Source: a virus
Lineage: Duplodnaviria > Caudoviricetes
DNA: 27,028 nucleotides
Strand: one strand, 5' to 3'
IMG/VR virus record: IMGVR_UViG_3300020043_002559
Location: 1 to 27,028 of that record
The translations under genes and the position numbers were made by a program. Positions 24,041 through 27,028 of this stretch are shown here, piece by piece (within the stretch, counting starts at the first letter, position 1; each line of letters begins with the position of its first letter). The notes under the pieces are model-generated. The model was given only the letters and a program-made list of their open reading frames with translations. It searched no databases and had not been told where the DNA came from.

Positions 24041-25890
24041 CCGCCAGTTGTATCAACAACGGGATTTGGAATCAGATCGTTCCAGAGCGTTACCATCGCA
24101 ATCTGCATGATCTCGCAGTCGTGCAGATGATCCGGCCAGCGCGTGTTTCGCTTGAACCACAAATGCTTGATGCGTCCAGCGCGGTTGGCGGTAGGCTTTA
24201 GAATATGGCTGTCGAGGTGCTTCCAATAGATATCGGCATCGCTCGCAAACGCTCCTTCTGCGTCGAGTTGTGCCGGAAGCGAGCAAACAGACCATGAATG
24301 GTTTTCGCTACCTCTGCGGAGCTTCTGGAGCATTTCCCGAAGATGCTCTGTGTCAAAGATCATCAGCGGTTGGACGACATCGGTTCGCATGGACGTCGAA
24401 GTCGTGATGCCGCAGGGGAGGATTGATCCGGTCTTGCTGGTGAATCGCGCTCCGCTCTCTCGACCTTTGAGTGGCAACCAACCGACAAGCATTGGCTTCC
24501 GCAGACCTCCCTCCGGTGGATACCGAAGACCGCACGGATAGTTGATGGCTCCGCTGCTGGTCTGCGAGTACTGAGCGCAAGCATCGTACACCGCTTGGGT
24601 GTTGAAACCGGAGTCAACACCAACGTCCATGTCGTGTACGTTGTAGTACAGTTGGACCCGTCGCAGAGCGGCAAAGTCGTCTGCGTGACCGGCTGCGACC
24701 AGCCGCGAATTTCCGGCGCTCCACTCGCGGCAGACCCACCACAAGAACGGAGCGGCAGCTTGTACGTCTGCGGTCAGATACCTCCGAGCTTCTGGCATCT
24801 CGGTGTCCGAGACGACCTCCACGCGCTCCGGTTGCGAGTCTTGGTTTTCCCACGGTTCCGCGAGCATACCGTTGACGAAGCTTTGTAGCCCCATCATGGA
24901 GTTCTTGGCCTCCAGAAAGGCGACCGCAAGATTCGCCCAAGTGCATTTGCGGTCTGGCGAATAGAGGCTCGACAGGTGATAAGACCGGACGCTCGGGATG
25001 CTGGCGACGTTGTGGGAAATCCATTTGCCGTGACGCAAGCCAGCGACCTTCTGACTGTCGCTGATCTTACCATGGCAGAGTTGGCAAACGTAGTGAGCAG
25101 AAGTCCGGATTGTCTGCCAGTCCGGCTTGCCGTCCTCAAGCTTCGCGTTGTCCCATGTTACCTGCTTCCATTCCAGCCGGATGAACTCACGGCAATGCGG
25201 ACACGGTATGTGGTAATACCTTTGGTCCCCACGCAGGAACTTTTGCCAGATTCTGCCTTCGGTAGTCGTCGGAGTGCTGGTAAAAAATGCTTTTGAACTG
25301 GAGAACGCTTTGAGCCGCTGTTCCGCAAGATCCAGAGCGTCGGCTTCTTTGGCGGTCGCTTCCGCAAATTTGTCCACCTCATCTGCAACCAGAATGCGGA
25401 CAGGTCTGGACGCCAGATTTGCTGGTGAATTAGAGCCGACAAAGCTCAACGTGCATCGGTCAAATTGCTGCTCCAGATTTGTGATCTGGTCACGATCCGC
25501 AGGGAACCGAGCCACAAGAGCCGGTGAGTCCTCAAGCATAGGGAGCCAGCGAGACTTGCTGAAGCTCCGAGCCAAATTCTCGGACGGCATTAGCCACAAA
25601 GCCGGACTCGGTTCGACGTCGATTGCCCACGCCAGACCTGCCATGAGCGTCGTCGTCTTGCTAGTCTGACTCCCCCAACAGAGCGTTACCTCTGAGACCG
25701 CCGGATCTTTCCAAGTCTCCAGCGGCTCGCGGCAATATGGTCGGACAGCCGTGGAGAATGGGCCGGGATGCTCGGTCTGTCGTTGCGTCAATGTCAGGTT
25801 GGATTCAGCCCACTCAACCACAGACTGCCGTGGAGTCGGCCTCCATAACTGCCGCCGGAACTCCAAGATTTCGCGCTCCAGATCGGTCAT
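24037..25890 (-). CDS. terL: Terminase large subunit, lambda gpA family
   Basis: WGSQTSKTT (Walker A), ILVADEVDKF (Walker B), STPT, CPHC/CQLC, LTADVQ, VDSG and DHLHDCE. Confidence 0.95.
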   Translation of the reverse strand: MTDLEREILEFRRQLWRPTPRQSVVEWAESNLTLTQRQTEHPGPFSTAVRPYCREPLETWKDPAVSEVTLCWGSQTSKTTTLMAGLAWAIDVEPSPALWLMPSENLARSFSKSRWLPMLEDSPALVARFPADRDQITNLEQQFDRCTLSFVGSNSPANLASRPVRILVADEVDKFAEATAKEADALDLAEQRLKAFSSSKAFFTSTPTTTEGRIWQKFLRGDQRYYHIPCPHCREFIRLEWKQVTWDNAKLEDGKPDWQTIRTSAHYVCQLCHGKISDSQKVAGLRHGKWISHNVASIPSVRSYHLSSLYSPDRKCTWANLAVAFLEAKNSMMGLQSFVNGMLAEPWENQDSQPERVEVVSDTEMPEARRYLTADVQAAAPFLWWVCREWSAGNSRLVAAGHADDFAALRRVQLYYNVHDMDVGVDSGFNTQAVYDACAQYSQTSSGAINYPCGLRYPPEGGLRKPMLVGWLPLKGRESGARFTSKTGSILPCGITTSTSMRTDVVQPLMIFDTEHLREMLQKLRRGSENHSWSVCSLPAQLDAEGAFASDADIYWKHLDSHILKPTANRAGRIKHLWFKRNTRWPDHLHDCEIMQIAMVTLWNDLIPNPVVDTTGG

Positions 25891-26417
25891 CGGAAAAGCT
25901 GAGTCTGGATGATCTCATTGCTCGGGCGGATCTTGTATGTCTTTGCCGAGTCCATGTGGACGAACGCCATTCTCTCTGGCCTCCCATCGTTCCATTGATC
26001 CAACAGCTCCACGTTGCAAGCCCACGTTGCGCGAGCGTTGAAGATTTCGACCATCATCACCAGATTGTCCGGCTTCAGGTGCAGCACTCCGTAAAACGGA
26101 AGCTTCGTATGCTTGGTCACTTCAAGTGCCGCTTGAAGCTTTGACCAATCAATCATCCACTTGTTTTTGTACGTCGTTTGGAGCTTTTGCAGATCATACA
26201 ACCGAGACTTGATCTCGTAGCTTCCGACAATCACTCCCGCGTTGGTATCATAGACGAAGCCATCAATCCGAGACGGCTCCGTGTCCGGCAAACCAATCAT
26301 TCGGAAATTGGTCTGCGATTCTATGGCGTTGAGTGCGATTCGGTTCTGACGCAGAGCTTCAATGCCTCTTGGTTTGTGGATTTCGAGTGTTTCAATCATT
26401 GGATTCTGGCTTTTCAA
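25887..26417 (-). CDS. Hypothetical protein with a PD-(D/E)xK nuclease-like motif
   Basis: SRIDG...SYEIKSR, then W.IDWSKL. Confidence 0.6.
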   Translation of the reverse strand: MKSQNPMIETLEIHKPRGIEALRQNRIALNAIESQTNFRMIGLPDTEPSRIDGFVYDTNAGVIVGSYEIKSRLYDLQKLQTTYKNKWMIDWSKLQAALEVTKHTKLPFYGVLHLKPDNLVMMVEIFNARATWACNVELLDQWNDGRPERMAFVHMDSAKTYKIRPSNEIIQTQLFR

Positions 26418-27028
26418 GACGAGCCTTCTTGCCGGTGAAGTCTTCCCATCGTTTGACGATGACGTCGCAGTACTTCGGATCTAGCTCCATCAACCGAGCT
26501 TTGCGTCCGGTTTTCTCGCAAGCGATTAGAGTGCTTCCGGAGCCGCCGAACAGATCGAGAACAGTTTTTGGATTCCCGTATCTATCAAAACACCATTTTG
26601 CTAGTTCAATTGGTTTTTGCGTTGGATGAACTCGACGCTCACCATGTTCGCTCGCTTTCACCATTCCATGCCATTGATGGCGGAATACATCCACGCGAAT
26701 GCCTCCGTTGATGAATGCCAATTCAGCGCCGGAGAAGGTGTCTCCTTCCCTTTGTTTGTCCCATACCAACCATCCGTGACCATCTGGTAGTGCGCTTGGA
26801 TAGTAGTTTGCCCCCCAAAAAACCATTGTCGATTCCGGCCATTTGGAGATGCACAAGCGATACGCATCGACAGCAATTGAAACGTCTTGATCCCCAATAA
26901 TTTTTCCAAAGTCGTTTTCTGATACCGCTCCAGCAATTCCCTTTCCGCTGTGATCTATTCCATAAGGAGGATCTGTAAACACCATTTCGATCTCGTCATT
27001 ACCGACAAGACGATCAACCGATAAAGGG
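26392..27028 (-). CDS. DNA methyltransferase, N6-A/N4-C beta class (5' end outside the window)
   Basis: FTDPPY...HPTQKP...VLDLFGGSGSTLIACEKTGR...ELDPKYCDVIVKRW. The frame stays open to the window edge (PLSVDRLVGNDEIE-MVF). Confidence 0.93.
   Translation of the reverse strand, partial: PLSVDRLVGNDEIEMVFTDPPYGIDHSGKGIAGAVSENDFGKIIGDQDVSIAVDAYRLCISKWPESTMVFWGANYYPSALPDGHGWLVWDKQREGDTFSGAELAFINGGIRVDVFRHQWHGMVKASEHGERRVHPTQKPIELAKWCFDRYGNPKTVLDLFGGSGSTLIACEKTGRKARLMELDPKYCDVIVKRWEDFTGKKARLEKPESND

Overview
This window is a ~27 kb fragment of a tailed dsDNA phage (Caudoviricetes, lambda-like head, non-contractile tail). Essentially every real gene is on the minus strand. Read in transcription order (right to left), it contains: a partial beta-class DNA methyltransferase; a PD-(D/E)xK-like protein; a gpA-type terminase large subunit; a head-joining protein; a lambda-type portal; a ClpP protease-insert-major capsid fusion; decoration and fibre genes; a membrane-protein/spanin-like lysis cluster with no endolysin; neck and tail genes with a short tape measure; a Bet/exonuclease/MazG-like/SSB/RusA module; a cluster of small early genes including an i-type-like lysozyme; a DUF1376 replication initiator with internal iterons; and a partial DnaB helicase. 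The most striking non-coding signal is a C4/CI-like antisense RNA architecture directly upstream of the replication initiator. It has a promoter, two 7-nt target boxes, a leader ORF and a structured RNA carrying both complementary boxes. There is also a second three-way-junction RNA after rusA, and a palindromic operator sitting in the spacer of two promoters. All calls come from reading motifs by eye; no searches or folding programs were run.
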